Source of the DNA: Schaalia meyeri
GTDB lineage: Bacteria > Actinomycetota > Actinomycetes > Actinomycetales > Actinomycetaceae
Assembly: GCF_900105015.1 (NCBI RefSeq)
Contig: NZ_FNLK01000003.1
Location: 30,001-62,000 of the forward strand
Direction of reading: 5' to 3'
Length of the DNA stretch: 32,000 nt
The translations under genes and the position numbers were made by a program. Below the pieces are notes generated by a model. That model made no database searches. It was not told where the DNA came from and worked only from the letters and a program-made list of their open reading frames with translations. Below, piece by piece: positions 1 to 9,099 of the stretch; position 1 is the first letter of the stretch, and each line of letters starts with the position of its first letter.

Positions 1-1009
1 CGAAACCCACCGTGTCGGTGAGCGTGTACTCCCGGCCGTCGGCCGCCCGGGCGCGGCGAACGGTGGGATCCAGGGTCGCGAAGAGCGCGTCCTGCACGAG
101 AACACCCGCGTCCGTGAGGCGGTTGAGCAGCGTCGACTTGCCCGCGTTCGTGTACCCGGCGATGGCCACCGACGGCACTGCCCCGCGCCTGCGCGAGCTG
201 CGCTGGGTGCGCCTGGCCGGCTCCATGCGGGCAATCTCGGAACGCAGCTTCGCCATGCGCGTGCGGATGCGACGCCGGTCGAGCTCGATCTTGGTTTCAC
301 CGGGCCCCCGCGAGCCTATGCCCGCGCCGCCGGCGACGCGCCCACCGGCCTGACGGGACATGGATTCGCCCCATCCGCGCAGTCGCGGCAACAAGTACTC
401 GAGTTGAGCCAGCTCCACCTGCGCCTTGCCCTCACGGGACTTCGCGTGCTGGGCGAAGATGTCCAGGATGAGTGCCGTGCGGTCGACAACCTTCGCGTCG
501 ACGACGTCCTCCAGGCCTCGGCGCTGAGAGGGAGCCAGCTCCCCGTCAACGATGACGGTGTCCGCGCCCGCCGAGCGTACAATCTCCGCGAGCTCGCGTG
601 CCTTCCCCGATCCCAGGTAGGTCGCCGGGTCGGGCTTCATGCGGCGCTGAATGATGCCGTCCAGGACCCGCGATCCGGCGGTCTCGGCGAGCGCGGCCAG
701 CTCCCGCAGCGAGTTCTCGGCTTCCTCCTCGCTCTGCGTGGTGCGCAGTCCTACCAGGATCACTTTCTCGAGGCGCACCTGCCGATACTCGACCTCGGCG
801 ATGTCGGCGCGGTCGGACGCTCCGGTGTCGACGCGTCGCGTGCCCGCTCGGGCCTCGCGTTCGAGCGCGCCCGCATCCCCCGAGTGATCCTGCCCCGACG
901 TTGAGGCGAGCGCCGTGCCGGAGCGCGCGAGGATACGCGCGACGACGTCGTTGACGCGCTGGTCGCGCTGCTCGGTTGAGGCGTTGGAATCGTTGGGGGT
1001 CGTGTCCAT
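1..1009 (-). CDS. hflX: GTPase HflX, 3' end cut by the window edge
   Basis: Open minus-strand frame with no stop before position 1, so it is absent from the ORF track. Hand translation from ATG 1009-1007 gives MDTTPNDSNAS...KVILVGL...GKAQVELAQLEYLLPRL...GPGETKIELDRRRI...VAIAGYTNAGKSTLLN (P-loop, codons ending at 169)...LFATLDPT...DTVGF. These are the HflX N-domain and GTPase motifs. An AGGA-type SD (AAAAGGACGGAC) sits directly upstream of the ATG. Confidence 0.9.
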   Translation of the reverse strand, partial: MDTTPNDSNASTEQRDQRVNDVVARILARSGTALASTSGQDHSGDAGALEREARAGTRRVDTGASDRADIAEVEYRQVRLEKVILVGLRTTQSEEEAENSLRELAALAETAGSRVLDGIIQRRMKPDPATYLGSGKARELAEIVRSAGADTVIVDGELAPSQRRGLEDVVDAKVVDRTALILDIFAQHAKSREGKAQVELAQLEYLLPRLRGWGESMSRQAGGRVAGGAGIGSRGPGETKIELDRRRIRTRMAKLRSEIARMEPARRTQRSSRRRGAVPSVAIAGYTNAGKSTLLNRLTDAGVLVQDALFATLDPTVRRARAADGREYTLTDTVGF

Positions 1010-1175
1010 GTCCGTCCTTTTGCGTGGGGCTTCCAGTGTCGCACGTGTCGCGCGCCTTTCCGACTCGTGGGGGCACGAGTGTCGACCGGCATGTCGGCGG
1101 GTAGCGCAAACTTCGAATCGGATGGGCGAGCGCCCCGTCTGCGCCGTCGCCCGCGGGCGCGATAGGCTTTCTTGC

Positions 1176-1790
1176 GTGGACGAACAGTACTTCACCGATT
1201 CTTCTCCCGCGAAGGCCGACCAGACCCGCCTGATTGAGGTGAGCGCGCGCGGATTCGACCTGTCGATGCGCGTCTCCTCGCGCGTATTTTCCGGGTCCAA
1301 GCTGGATCTGGGGACGCGCCAGCTCCTGGAAAACACACCCGACCTGCCGCGGAGCGGGACCTTCCTGGACCTCGGGTGCGGATGGGGTCCGATCGCGACC
1401 GTCATGTCGTTGGAGTCTCCCGAAGCCGACGTGTGGGCAATCGACGTGAACTCGCGGGCACTGGACCTGACGGCACGTAACGCGCGGACAAACGGGGCCC
1501 GGGGAGTGCTCACGATGAAGGCCGCGGAGGCACTGGCTGCCTCGATCGAATCCCACACGCGCTTCGACGTCATGTGGTCCAACCCGCCCGTGCGCATCGG
1601 CAAGGACGCGATGCACGAGATGCTGGCGCAGTGGCTGGGTCGGCTGGCCCCGGACGGGGTCGCCTACCTGGTGGTTCAGCGCAACCTCGGAGCGGACTCA
1701 CTGATCACCTGGATGAAAGGCCGCGGCATGGCTGCGAGCAAGTACGCGTCGAAGAAGGGCTACCGCATTATCGAGGTGCGCCCCGCCTGA
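1176..1790 (+). CDS. Class I SAM-dependent methyltransferase, RsmC/RlmG-like (MTS domain)
   Basis: Frame of track ORF 915..1790. Contains FLDLGCGWGPIA (SAM-binding motif I) and VMWSNPPVRIGK (NPP motif IV of N2-guanine rRNA methyltransferases). Start set at in-frame GTG 1176 (VDEQYFT..., the usual N-terminus of this family). ATG 1122 is an alternative. A start at 915 would overlap hflX and is rejected. Confidence 0.75.
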   Translation: MDEQYFTDSSPAKADQTRLIEVSARGFDLSMRVSSRVFSGSKLDLGTRQLLENTPDLPRSGTFLDLGCGWGPIATVMSLESPEADVWAIDVNSRALDLTARNARTNGARGVLTMKAAEALAASIESHTRFDVMWSNPPVRIGKDAMHEMLAQWLGRLAPDGVAYLVVQRNLGADSLITWMKGRGMAASKYASKKGYRIIEVRPA

Positions 1791-1864
1791 GTATCACTCA
1801 GCGTCATCATCGCGGCCCGGGGACCCTCGCACCCACAGGCGGGTCATGCGACTCGTGTGAGGCG

Positions 1865-2788
1865 TCAGAGCAGGCGAATCTGGGCGACGCGCGTGGCCGG
1901 CCCCGTCAAAAACACCGAGGCCCCGGTAACGGTGGGAGTCTCTCCCGACCAGTCGATAACACCGTCGAGTCCCACGCGCACTGTTCCGCGGGGAGTGTCC
2001 ACGACCCACCGGGTTGGGGCGAGCGGCCCGCGCCGAAGGGCGGTCGCCAGGGCGGCCGCGCAGCACCCGGTTCCGCACGCCTGAGTCTCACCCACGCCGC
2101 GCTCAAGCACGCGCATCGCTATGTGCCCCTCGGGGGCGCCGACCTCCGTCAGGTCAACGACCAATTCTAGGTTCGTGCCCGACGTCGGCTCGGGCTCGTA
2201 GGCGGGGCGCTGCTGTGGCGGGATGCGCGCCACATCAACGGTCGGCAGGAATACGTCGCGCAGCGCCTCCACGTCGGGCAGCTCAACGACCGTGTGGGGG
2301 TTGGGCATGTCCACCCATATCCCGCCCAGCACGCGCCGACTTCCTGGAGGGCGCACCTTGATCGTCTCGCGCCCCGAGGAGGCGGCGGACCCCATGTCCA
2401 CGCGGTACTGCGCACCTAGTCCCTCGTCCTCTGTCTCCGGGGTGACACGCTTGAGGCCGCCGCGCGTCGCAACGTCCAGGGTCTGGCCAAGCGGCAGGTC
2501 CACCAGTCCCTCGCGCCGCAGGTGATCCACGAACACGCGCACGCCGTTGCCGCACATCTCGGCCTTCGACCCGTCCGCATTGCGGTAGTCCATGAACCAC
2601 AGCCCGTCGCGTTTAACGGCGCGGATGAAGCCGTCCGCACCGATCCCACGGGCTGGCGAACACAGGGTCGCCACCTCCGCCTCGCTGGGGTCGTACCGAT
2701 CGAACTGGTCGGTCATAACGACGAAGGAATTGCCCGCGCCGTGCGCCTTGGCCACCCGCGCGCGGCCGGGCAGCTGCGAAAACACCAT
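1865..2788 (-). CDS. dapF: Diaminopimelate epimerase
   Basis: Track ORF 1865..2839. Contains KAHGAGNSFVV, EMCGNG (first catalytic Cys) and QACGTGCCAA (second catalytic Cys). Start placed at ATG 2788 (MVFSQ...). GTG 2839, which forms a GTGA overlap with the miaA stop, is an alternative. Confidence 0.88.
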   Translation of the reverse strand: MVFSQLPGRARVAKAHGAGNSFVVMTDQFDRYDPSEAEVATLCSPARGIGADGFIRAVKRDGLWFMDYRNADGSKAEMCGNGVRVFVDHLRREGLVDLPLGQTLDVATRGGLKRVTPETEDEGLGAQYRVDMGSAASSGRETIKVRPPGSRRVLGGIWVDMPNPHTVVELPDVEALRDVFLPTVDVARIPPQQRPAYEPEPTSGTNLELVVDLTEVGAPEGHIAMRVLERGVGETQACGTGCCAAALATALRRGPLAPTRWVVDTPRGTVRVGLDGVIDWSGETPTVTGASVFLTGPATRVAQIRLL

Positions 2789-2835
2789 GAACCCACCGTA
2801 GCCTCGGTGAGGCTGTCGCGCAGCACCTGGTCGCG

Positions 2836-3825
2836 TCACGAGCGCCCCACCGCCCGTTCAGCCTCCCGGCACGTCAGCTCGACGACGCGGCGGACCACGG
2901 ACTGGTCGCCGGTGAATTCCTCCACGTCCACCCAGAAGACACGCGGATCCGGGCGCAGCCACTTCACCTGACGGCGCGCCAGCTGACGGGTCGCGAGCGC
3001 AATCGACTCCTCGGCCTCCTCCTCGGTCATCTCTCCGTCGATGACCGCGAGCGCCTGGGCGTATCCCGTCGCCCGGGAAGCCGTCTTTGCCTCACGCAGC
3101 CCCTCGTCGATCAGGGAACGCACCTCCTCGATCAGGCCGCCGCGCATCATCGCGCGGGTGCGCACCGCGATGCGCTCATCAAGGGCATCCATCGGGCGGC
3201 GCAGGGCTACCATCAGCGCCGGGGACGCGAACTCGTGGCGTGGCATCGACGCCGAGTAGGGGCGTCCCGTCACCTCGATAACCTCCAGTGCTCGCACGAT
3301 CCGGCGCGAATTGCGCGGATCAATCCGGTCGGCTGAGACCGGATCCAGGGACGCCAAACGCTCGTGCAAGCCACGCGAACCGGCGGACCCCTGCGCCTGC
3401 GCTTCCAGGCGGGCACGCTCGAGCGGATCCGTCCCCGGGAAGTCGATGACATCCAGGAGCGCACGCTGATAGAGCCCGGATCCTCCCGCGACCACGGCGA
3501 GTCCCCCGCGCTCGTGAATGGCCGCGACGTCGGCGCGCGCGTGCTTCTGGTATGCGGCCACCGAGGCCTCGTCGCGCACGGAGAGCACATCGATCTGGTG
3601 GTGTGCGATCCCTCGGCGCTCACTAACGGGCGTCTTCGCCGTCCCCACGTCCATCCCTCGGTACAGTTGCAGCGCGTCGGCAGAGACGATTTCTCCCGCG
3701 CCCGACGCGCCGAGCGCGCCCGGAAGAATGCCGGCGAGCTCAAGCGCAAGGTCCGACTTGCCCGAGGCTGTGGGTCCCACGACCGCGCACAGCACGTCCG
3801 ACGCACGCCACATCGAAGACTCCAT
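2836..3825 (-). CDS. miaA: tRNA dimethylallyltransferase
   Basis: The 3'-terminal 330 codons (329 aa plus stop) of track ORF 2836..4707. Starts at ATG 3825 (MESSMWRASDVLCAVVGPTASGKSDLALELA, P-loop GPTASGKS), followed by IVSADALQLYRGMDVGTAKT. The upstream part of the track ORF is antisense to the YbjN-like genes and is an artefact. Confidence 0.9.
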   Translation of the reverse strand: MESSMWRASDVLCAVVGPTASGKSDLALELAGILPGALGASGAGEIVSADALQLYRGMDVGTAKTPVSERRGIAHHQIDVLSVRDEASVAAYQKHARADVAAIHERGGLAVVAGGSGLYQRALLDVIDFPGTDPLERARLEAQAQGSAGSRGLHERLASLDPVSADRIDPRNSRRIVRALEVIEVTGRPYSASMPRHEFASPALMVALRRPMDALDERIAVRTRAMMRGGLIEEVRSLIDEGLREAKTASRATGYAQALAVIDGEMTEEEAEESIALATRQLARRQVKWLRPDPRVFWVDVEEFTGDQSVVRRVVELTCREAERAVGRS

Positions 3826-3885
3826 GGCCACCAGTGTAGGGCCCGCTGACCCCGATACCGGCGCGCAACGGCTACGCTTGAGGCT

Positions 3886-4332
3886 ATGAGCACAACAGAT
3901 ACTCCCCCGGTCACCATCGACCGGATCACCCAAGCGGTAGAGGCCGTGGGACTCATCCCCTTCGTCTCCCACACCGGACAGGTCGCGGCGATCCTGCCGA
4001 ACCGCACGATCCGCATCGCCATGCCCGATGGCCACCCCATTCAGGGAGTTGCCGAATACCCGCGTTTTTTTGACGCGTCTCACGCCGAGCAGATCGCGTC
4101 CACCCTTCGTCGGCTCAACGCCACCACGTACCTGCCGAAGATCGCCTCCGCGCCCACCGATACTGGAACCATCGTGCTGCGCCTGCAACACACCTTCAAC
4201 TGGGTGGTCGGAGCCTCTGACGCCCAGGTCCAGGCCGAGGTATCCCAGTTCATCATGGCATCCGTTGCCATGATGAACCAGCTTGATGTCATGTTCCCCG
4301 ACCAGTGGACCAAGGAGGGTTCCAATGCCTGA
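3886..4332 (+). CDS. YbjN-like (type III secretion chaperone-fold) domain protein, function unknown
   Basis: 148-aa ORF. The pattern VTIDRITQAVEAVG...LRRLNATTYLPKI...IVLRLQHTF...GASDAQVQAEVSQFI resembles actinobacterial YbjN family proteins. This is recognition by eye only. Divergent from miaA. Confidence 0.6.
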   Translation: MSTTDTPPVTIDRITQAVEAVGLIPFVSHTGQVAAILPNRTIRIAMPDGHPIQGVAEYPRFFDASHAEQIASTLRRLNATTYLPKIASAPTDTGTIVLRLQHTFNWVVGASDAQVQAEVSQFIMASVAMMNQLDVMFPDQWTKEGSNA

Positions 4333-4855
4333 GTGGAAGAGCTTCACCTTTGGCGACGGCTCCGAGGCCAAGCCCGCCCCCGCTGCCCCAGCACCCGCGA
4401 TGGAAGCCGACGAATACGCCGCAAAGTGGGACACTAAAGTCGCCGAGGTGACGATCGCGCGCATCGAAAACGTCCTCGAAGGCGACGGCCTGCCGCACGG
4501 CTCCGGCGAATTCATCGCCGTCACCCAGCTGGAGGACGTCCGTTTCCAGATCCACCGCGAGCCCGCGGACGCTCCCTGGGTACAGATAGAAGCGCGCATC
4601 GTCCCGGAGGGCGACGGCCACACGGAGTACTCTCTGCAAGAGGTTGCAAACCGCTGGAACACCGAGCACCTGCAACCCACCGTCTTTCCCGTCGAGGACG
4701 GCAACAATTGGATCCTGGTGGCGGCGTCGCGCTTTTTCGTCGGCGAGGGACTGTCGGACCGGCAGATTCACGCGATGCTCCGCCGAGGACTGATCATCGG
4801 ATTGTCCACGGTTGGCGAACTGCCCGAGCTCCTCACCGAGGCGTCAGCGCAGTAG
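4325..4855 (+). CDS. YbjN-like domain protein with an Ala/Pro-rich N-terminal linker, function unknown
   Basis: Track ORF 4283..4855, trimmed to ATG 4325 (MPEWKSF...). This ATG overlaps the upstream stop (ATGCCTGA, TGA at 4330-4332). Body: VTIARIENVLEGDG...ANRWNTEHLQPTVFPV...FFVGEGLSDRQIHAMLRRGL, a YbjN-like pattern. Confidence 0.6.
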   Translation: MPEWKSFTFGDGSEAKPAPAAPAPAMEADEYAAKWDTKVAEVTIARIENVLEGDGLPHGSGEFIAVTQLEDVRFQIHREPADAPWVQIEARIVPEGDGHTEYSLQEVANRWNTEHLQPTVFPVEDGNNWILVAASRFFVGEGLSDRQIHAMLRRGLIIGLSTVGELPELLTEASAQ

Positions 4856-5077
4856 TTTCCACCCGTCGCAGATCTCGCGGCAGGTGGGTGCGCCCCGCTC
4901 CCCCGCTACGCGCGGGGGCGGAGCGTTCTGGGCGAGCGTGCGCCGAGATCATGCGGGAGCTCCTGGCGGCAATGGCTCCCGGTTTCGACGCTTTGCCTCA
5001 GAGGGTGGGCAGGCGGGGCGAGAGCCGCGAGGGCTCAGTTCGCGGTGCTGACCCAACCCGAGCCCCCTTTCGATCTG

Positions 5078-6616
5078 TCAGCGCGACAGCCCCACGCGCA
5101 GCCTTGGAATCCCCAGGGACACCGCGGTATCGGGTTCCTCCGATGCCCGTCGCGCCTGCCACGCATCACCGGCGCGCGTGGGACGCACCTCAAAAAGCCC
5201 ACCCTGCGCGCCAGAATCCGCGATGAGGTGGTGCGGCGCACCGTAGGTGACCATCGCTCGAATCATGTCCCCGGGGCGCGGATGGTCATCTCGAGGCAGT
5301 CCCTGAGGCAGCGCGACGTGCACGAGACGGTTATCGCGGGCACGCCCCGAAATACGGTGGGTAGCACCATCCTTGCGTCCGTCGCTCTCGGAGACCAGGA
5401 CCTCAACCTCGGTGCCCGCAAGCGCGGCATTATCCTCCGCGCAAATGCGTTCTTGCACCTTGATCAGACGCTGGTAGCGTTCCAGCGCGACGTCAGGGGG
5501 AACCTGATCGCCGCGATCCGCGGCGGGAGTGCCGGGACGCGGGGAGTACAGGAAAGTGAACGCCGACGTAAAACGCGCCTGCTCCACGACGTCAAGGGTG
5601 GCCTGGAAGTCCTCTTCCGTCTCACCCGGAAAACCCACGATGATGTCCGTTGTAATCGCCGCATCCGGAATTGAAGTGCGCACACGGTCCAGGATCCCCA
5701 TGAAACGCTCACGACGATACGAGCGACGCATCCGGCGCAGGATCGCGTCAGAACCCGACTGCAACGGCATATGGAGGCTGGGCATAACCGTCGGCGTCTC
5801 GGCCATCGCCACAATTACGTCGTCGGTGAAGGCAGCCGGATGCGGCGAGGTGAAACGCACTCGTTCGATGCCCTCGACGCGTCCGACGGTGCGCAGCAGA
5901 TCCGCAAATGCCCCACGTTCGCCAAAGCCCACCCCGTACGAGTTCACGTTCTGTCCCAACAGGGTTACCTCGATGGCGCCCTGCGAGGCCACAGCCTGCA
6001 CCTCCGAGAGGATGTCGCCGGGCCGTCGGTCGCGTTCCTTACCGCGCAGGCGCGGAACAATGCAGAACGTGCACGTATTGTTGCAGCCTACCGAAATCGA
6101 CACCCACGCCGCGTAGACGCTCTCGCGGTGGGTGGGAAGCGTCGACGGAAAGACCTTCAGGGATTCCTCGATCTCGACGGCGGCCTCGCGGTTGTGCTCG
6201 GCGCGGCGCAGCAGCGCGGGCAGCACGTCAATATTGTGTGTGCCGAAGACGGCATCCACCCACGGGGCCTTCTCGATGATGCCGTCGCGCATCTGCTGGG
6301 CCAGGCAACCGCCAACCGCAATCTGCATGCCGGGCCGTTTGCGTTTGACCGCAGCGAGCTGGCCGAGGTTTCCAAAAAGGCGCGTCGCCGCATTCTCCCG
6401 AACAGAGCACGTGTTGATCACGATCACGTCCGCCCCCATGTCCCCCGCGTCCGTTGCACGCGCGACGGCCTCGGGCACGGACTCAACGGGAATCAGCCCC
6501 GCTTGCTCCAGCAAACCCGCCATTCGTTCAGAGTCGTGTTCGTTCATCTGGCAGCCGAGCGTTCGCACCGCGTAGGTGCGAGGCAACATGGTGCTCTCCG
6601 GTGTCGTCGTATTCAT
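5078..6616 (-). CDS. miaB: tRNA-2-methylthio-N6-dimethylallyladenosine synthase (radical SAM methylthiotransferase)
   Basis: N-terminal cysteine triad ([26 protein letters not shown]), radical-SAM motif [12 protein letters not shown], and a C-terminal TRAM-like region. ATG 6616. ATG 6589 (MLPRTY, preceded by GGAGAG) is an alternative start. Confidence 0.92.
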   Translation of the reverse strand: MNTTTPESTMLPRTYAVRTLGCQMNEHDSERMAGLLEQAGLIPVESVPEAVARATDAGDMGADVIVINTCSVRENAATRLFGNLGQLAAVKRKRPGMQIAVGGCLAQQMRDGIIEKAPWVDAVFGTHNIDVLPALLRRAEHNREAAVEIEESLKVFPSTLPTHRESVYAAWVSISVGCNNTCTFCIVPRLRGKERDRRPGDILSEVQAVASQGAIEVTLLGQNVNSYGVGFGERGAFADLLRTVGRVEGIERVRFTSPHPAAFTDDVIVAMAETPTVMPSLHMPLQSGSDAILRRMRRSYRRERFMGILDRVRTSIPDAAITTDIIVGFPGETEEDFQATLDVVEQARFTSAFTFLYSPRPGTPAADRGDQVPPDVALERYQRLIKVQERICAEDNAALAGTEVEVLVSESDGRKDGATHRISGRARDNRLVHVALPQGLPRDDHPRPGDMIRAMVTYGAPHHLIADSGAQGGLFEVRPTRAGDAWQARRASEEPDTAVSLGIPRLRVGLSR

Positions 6617-6627
6617 CGCACTGAAGT

Positions 6628-7122
6628 CTAGTCCTCCGCCTGCACGCCGGCGAAGTCGAGCACGTCACGCACCAGGCGCAGCGCCGCGTCGATTGCTCCC
6701 GCGCGTACCAGGGCTCGGTCCCCTTCCACGTGAATGAGGCGATGGGTGGTTCCTGCGGGATACGCGCACGCGATGTGGATGGTGCCGGCGGGGAACCCGT
6801 CGGCCGCGCCGGGTCCGGCAACCCCCGTCGTTGACACACCGATACTGGCCCCAAATAGCGACCGCACCCCCTTCGCCATCTGTATGGCGACCTGCTGATC
6901 GACGGGCCCTACCCGTGCCAGGCGCTCCGGCGAAACCCCCAGCACCGATGTTTTCGTGTCGACAGCGTAGGTGCAGACACCCCCTCGGACGACTCTGGAC
7001 GCGCCGGGAACATCGACCAGCCGGGCAACGAGTCCCCCTCCCGTCAACGACTCCGCCGTCGCGATCGTCAGGCCCCGATCGGCCAGCTCCTCGATAAGGT
7101 CCGCGACCTGTGCGTCTTCCAT
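6628..7122 (-). CDS. cinA: CinA C-terminal domain protein (PncC-type nicotinamide-nucleotide amidohydrolase); no MocF/MoCF N-domain
   Basis: Track ORF 6628..7179, trimmed to ATG 7122 ([13 protein letters not shown]...). Contains [14 protein letters not shown] and [11 protein letters not shown], the CinA-C signatures. The ATG lies 2 nt after the recX stop, and the gene's stop is 11 nt before the miaB ATG. Confidence 0.85.
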   Translation of the reverse strand: MEDAQVADLIEELADRGLTIATAESLTGGGLVARLVDVPGASRVVRGGVCTYAVDTKTSVLGVSPERLARVGPVDQQVAIQMAKGVRSLFGASIGVSTTGVAGPGAADGFPAGTIHIACAYPAGTTHRLIHVEGDRALVRAGAIDAALRLVRDVLDFAGVQAED

Positions 7123-7124
7123 TG

Positions 7125-7754
7125 TCACGTCACTCCCCACTGCCAGAACTCTTCCTCTCCCGCTTCCCCGTCGCCCCACGCGTCAAGCGCGTCTCGAACG
7201 GCAGCCGAAGCGACGGACGGGGAATACCCTTTGCGCGCCAGCATCGATGCCAGCCTGCGGTAGGCGGTCTGCCTCGGGAGGCCCTCAAGTGAGCGGCGCT
7301 TACGGGCGATCAGCTGGGCCGCCCGTTTTGCCTCGTCGTCCCTGTCGATCTGCCGAAGAGCGCGGTCGACCGTAAGAGGGTCCAGCCCCCTGCGCGTTAG
7401 CGCCTCGCGCAACGCGCGAGGCGCTGTGCCCGTTGCACTAAAGCGCGAGCGAACCAGCGCATCCGCGTAGGCCTGATCGTCCACGAGGCCCACGGCCTCA
7501 AAGCGATCCACGACCTGCGTCGCCAGATCCGCGCTGAAACCACGGCTCTTTATGGAGCTGACAAGCTCGGCACGCGAACACGCCCGGGCATCGAGCTTAC
7601 GCAGCGCCACCTCGCGCGCCGCCTCGATCGCTGCCGCGCCCGTGAGGGCCGCGTTACGTTCGCGGGCGCGCGCGATCCGCTCCCTCGGGGAGGAACGGTG
7701 CTCCCGTTCCTCCCCCAGCTCCGGGTGATCCTGCGGATCCAGGTAGCGAACCAC
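7125..7754 (-). CDS. recX: Recombination regulator RecX
   Basis: GTG start at 7754, 3 nt after the recA stop. Shows the three-helix repeat pattern ALRKLDARACSRAELVSSIKSRGF...VVDRFEAVGLVDDQAYA...LTRRGLD...MLARKGYS typical of RecX. Confidence 0.9.
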   Translation of the reverse strand: MVRYLDPQDHPELGEEREHRSSPRERIARARERNAALTGAAAIEAAREVALRKLDARACSRAELVSSIKSRGFSADLATQVVDRFEAVGLVDDQAYADALVRSRFSATGTAPRALREALTRRGLDPLTVDRALRQIDRDDEAKRAAQLIARKRRSLEGLPRQTAYRRLASMLARKGYSPSVASAAVRDALDAWGDGEAGEEEFWQWGVT

Positions 7755-7757
7755 GGC

Positions 7758-8846
7758 CTAGAATCCCGCGTCCTCGTCAGGGTCAATCGCCGGAACGTCC
7801 TGCGAGGTCCGATCCGGCTCAGGGGCCTCGCCAATCCCTAATGAGACGAGGATCTTTTGTTCGATCTCGTTCGCCAGCTCCGGGTTATCCGCGAGGAATT
7901 GACGAACGTTCTCCTTGCCCTGGCCAAGCTGATCGTCGCCGTAGGTGAACCAAGAGCCGGACTTACGCACGATACCGGCCTCAACGCCCATGTCGATGAT
8001 CGACCCCTCGCGTGAGATGCCCTTTCCGTAAACGATGTCGAATTCCGCTTGCTTAAAGGGCGGGGCCATCTTGTTCTTAACGACCTTGGCGCGCGTGCGG
8101 TTACCGACGGGGGACCCGGCTTCCTTCAGGGTTTCGATGCGGCGCACATCGATGCGCACCGAGGCATAGAACTTGAGCGCCTTACCGCCCGTAGTCGTCT
8201 CGGGCGAACCGAAGAACACGCCGATCTTTTCGCGCAGCTGGTTGATGAAGATCGCGGTGGTTCCGGTCGCGGACAGAGCACCCGTGATCTTACGGAGGGC
8301 CTGGCTCATCAGGCGGGCCTGGAGGCCCACGTGGGAATCGCCCATCTCTCCTTCAATTTCCGCCTTGGGTACCAGCGCGGCAACGGAGTCGACCACGATG
8401 ATGTCGATGCCACCCGAGCGGATCAGCATGTCGGCGATCTCCAGCGCCTGTTCGCCCGTGTCAGGCTGAGATACCAGGAGAGAGTCCGTATCGACGCCCA
8501 GCGCGCGAGCGTAGACGGGGTCGAGCGCGTGCTCCGCGTCGATGAAAGCGGCGTTACCACCGGCCTTTTGGGCACTGGCAACAGCGTGCAGCGCGACCGT
8601 CGTCTTACCGGAGGATTCGGGTCCGTAGATCTCGATCACGCGTCCGCGCGGAAGGCCACCAATGCCGAGCGCGACGTCGAGGGCAAGCGAACCCGTAGGG
8701 ATCACCTGGACGGGCGGGCGATTGTCGTCGCCCAGGCGCATCACGGAGCCTTTTCCGAACTGCTTATCGATCTGTGACAGGGCGACTTCGAGCGCCTTAT
8801 TGCGGTCGTTGGTAATTGTCTTTGCCGCGGATGTCTTACGTGCCAT
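7758..8846 (-). CDS. recA: Recombinase RecA
   Basis: Track ORF 7758..9023, trimmed to ATG 8846 (MARKTSAAK...[23 protein letters not shown]). Walker [10 protein letters not shown]; ...[10 protein letters not shown].... 362 aa, contiguous, with no intein. SD GAAAGGAAG lies upstream of the ATG. Confidence 0.97.
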   Translation of the reverse strand: MARKTSAAKTITNDRNKALEVALSQIDKQFGKGSVMRLGDDNRPPVQVIPTGSLALDVALGIGGLPRGRVIEIYGPESSGKTTVALHAVASAQKAGGNAAFIDAEHALDPVYARALGVDTDSLLVSQPDTGEQALEIADMLIRSGGIDIIVVDSVAALVPKAEIEGEMGDSHVGLQARLMSQALRKITGALSATGTTAIFINQLREKIGVFFGSPETTTGGKALKFYASVRIDVRRIETLKEAGSPVGNRTRAKVVKNKMAPPFKQAEFDIVYGKGISREGSIIDMGVEAGIVRKSGSWFTYGDDQLGQGKENVRQFLADNPELANEIEQKILVSLGIGEAPEPDRTSQDVPAIDPDEDAGF

Positions 8847-9015
8847 GGTCTTCCTTTCGTCTTCAGGCCTCTCCGACCTGCGGGTGTCCTGGCCCAGATG
8901 ACGCCCCTCTCCGAGGCGCCATGACGAGTATGCGACCGGCCATCGTCGTTTGCGTCCAACGAGCGGCGCCCCTGTGGACGACACGCGTGAATGCCTCGCC
9001 GCATGCCAGCATAAA

Positions 9016-9031
9016 TGGAACACCTGTTCGA
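9016..9031 (-). promoter_or_regulatory. LexA (SOS) box, TCGAAC-N4-GTTCCA
   Basis: The minus strand reads TCGAACAGGTGTTCCA. This matches the actinobacterial/Gram-positive SOS box TCGAAC-N4-GTTCGA at 11 of 12 specified positions. It lies 170 nt upstream of the recA ATG, and a TANNNT hexamer (TATGCT) follows immediately downstream. Confidence 0.7.
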
Positions 9032-9099
9032 TATCGCCTCGACACGCCGCCCACCGGGCACGCGGGCATCCGTTCGCACGGCTCCCGCAGTCCAGCGCC

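Noticed and set aside
3826-4707. The 5' 290 codons of track ORF 2836..4707, which would make miaA 623 aa
   Set aside because: The MiaA P-loop N-terminus begins at ATG 3825. The upstream portion is antisense to the two YbjN-like genes and has no family features.
4856-5077. tRNA or other structured RNA gene in the long convergent gap
   Set aside because: There is no GTTCGAATC-type T-arm and no acceptor-stem pairing. Only generic GC hairpins are visible.
7758-8846. Checked recA for an intein, as found in some mycobacteria
   Set aside because: The 362-aa product is colinear with canonical RecA and there is no insertion after the P-loop region.
8847-9099. Searched for the LexA-independent RecA-NDp / PafBC-type promoter motif (TGTCRGTG-N8-TANNNT) upstream of recA
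   Set aside because: TGTCG occurs (GTGTCGAGGCGATATCG...), but the downstream spacing and the TANNNT element do not fit. There is no acceptable match.
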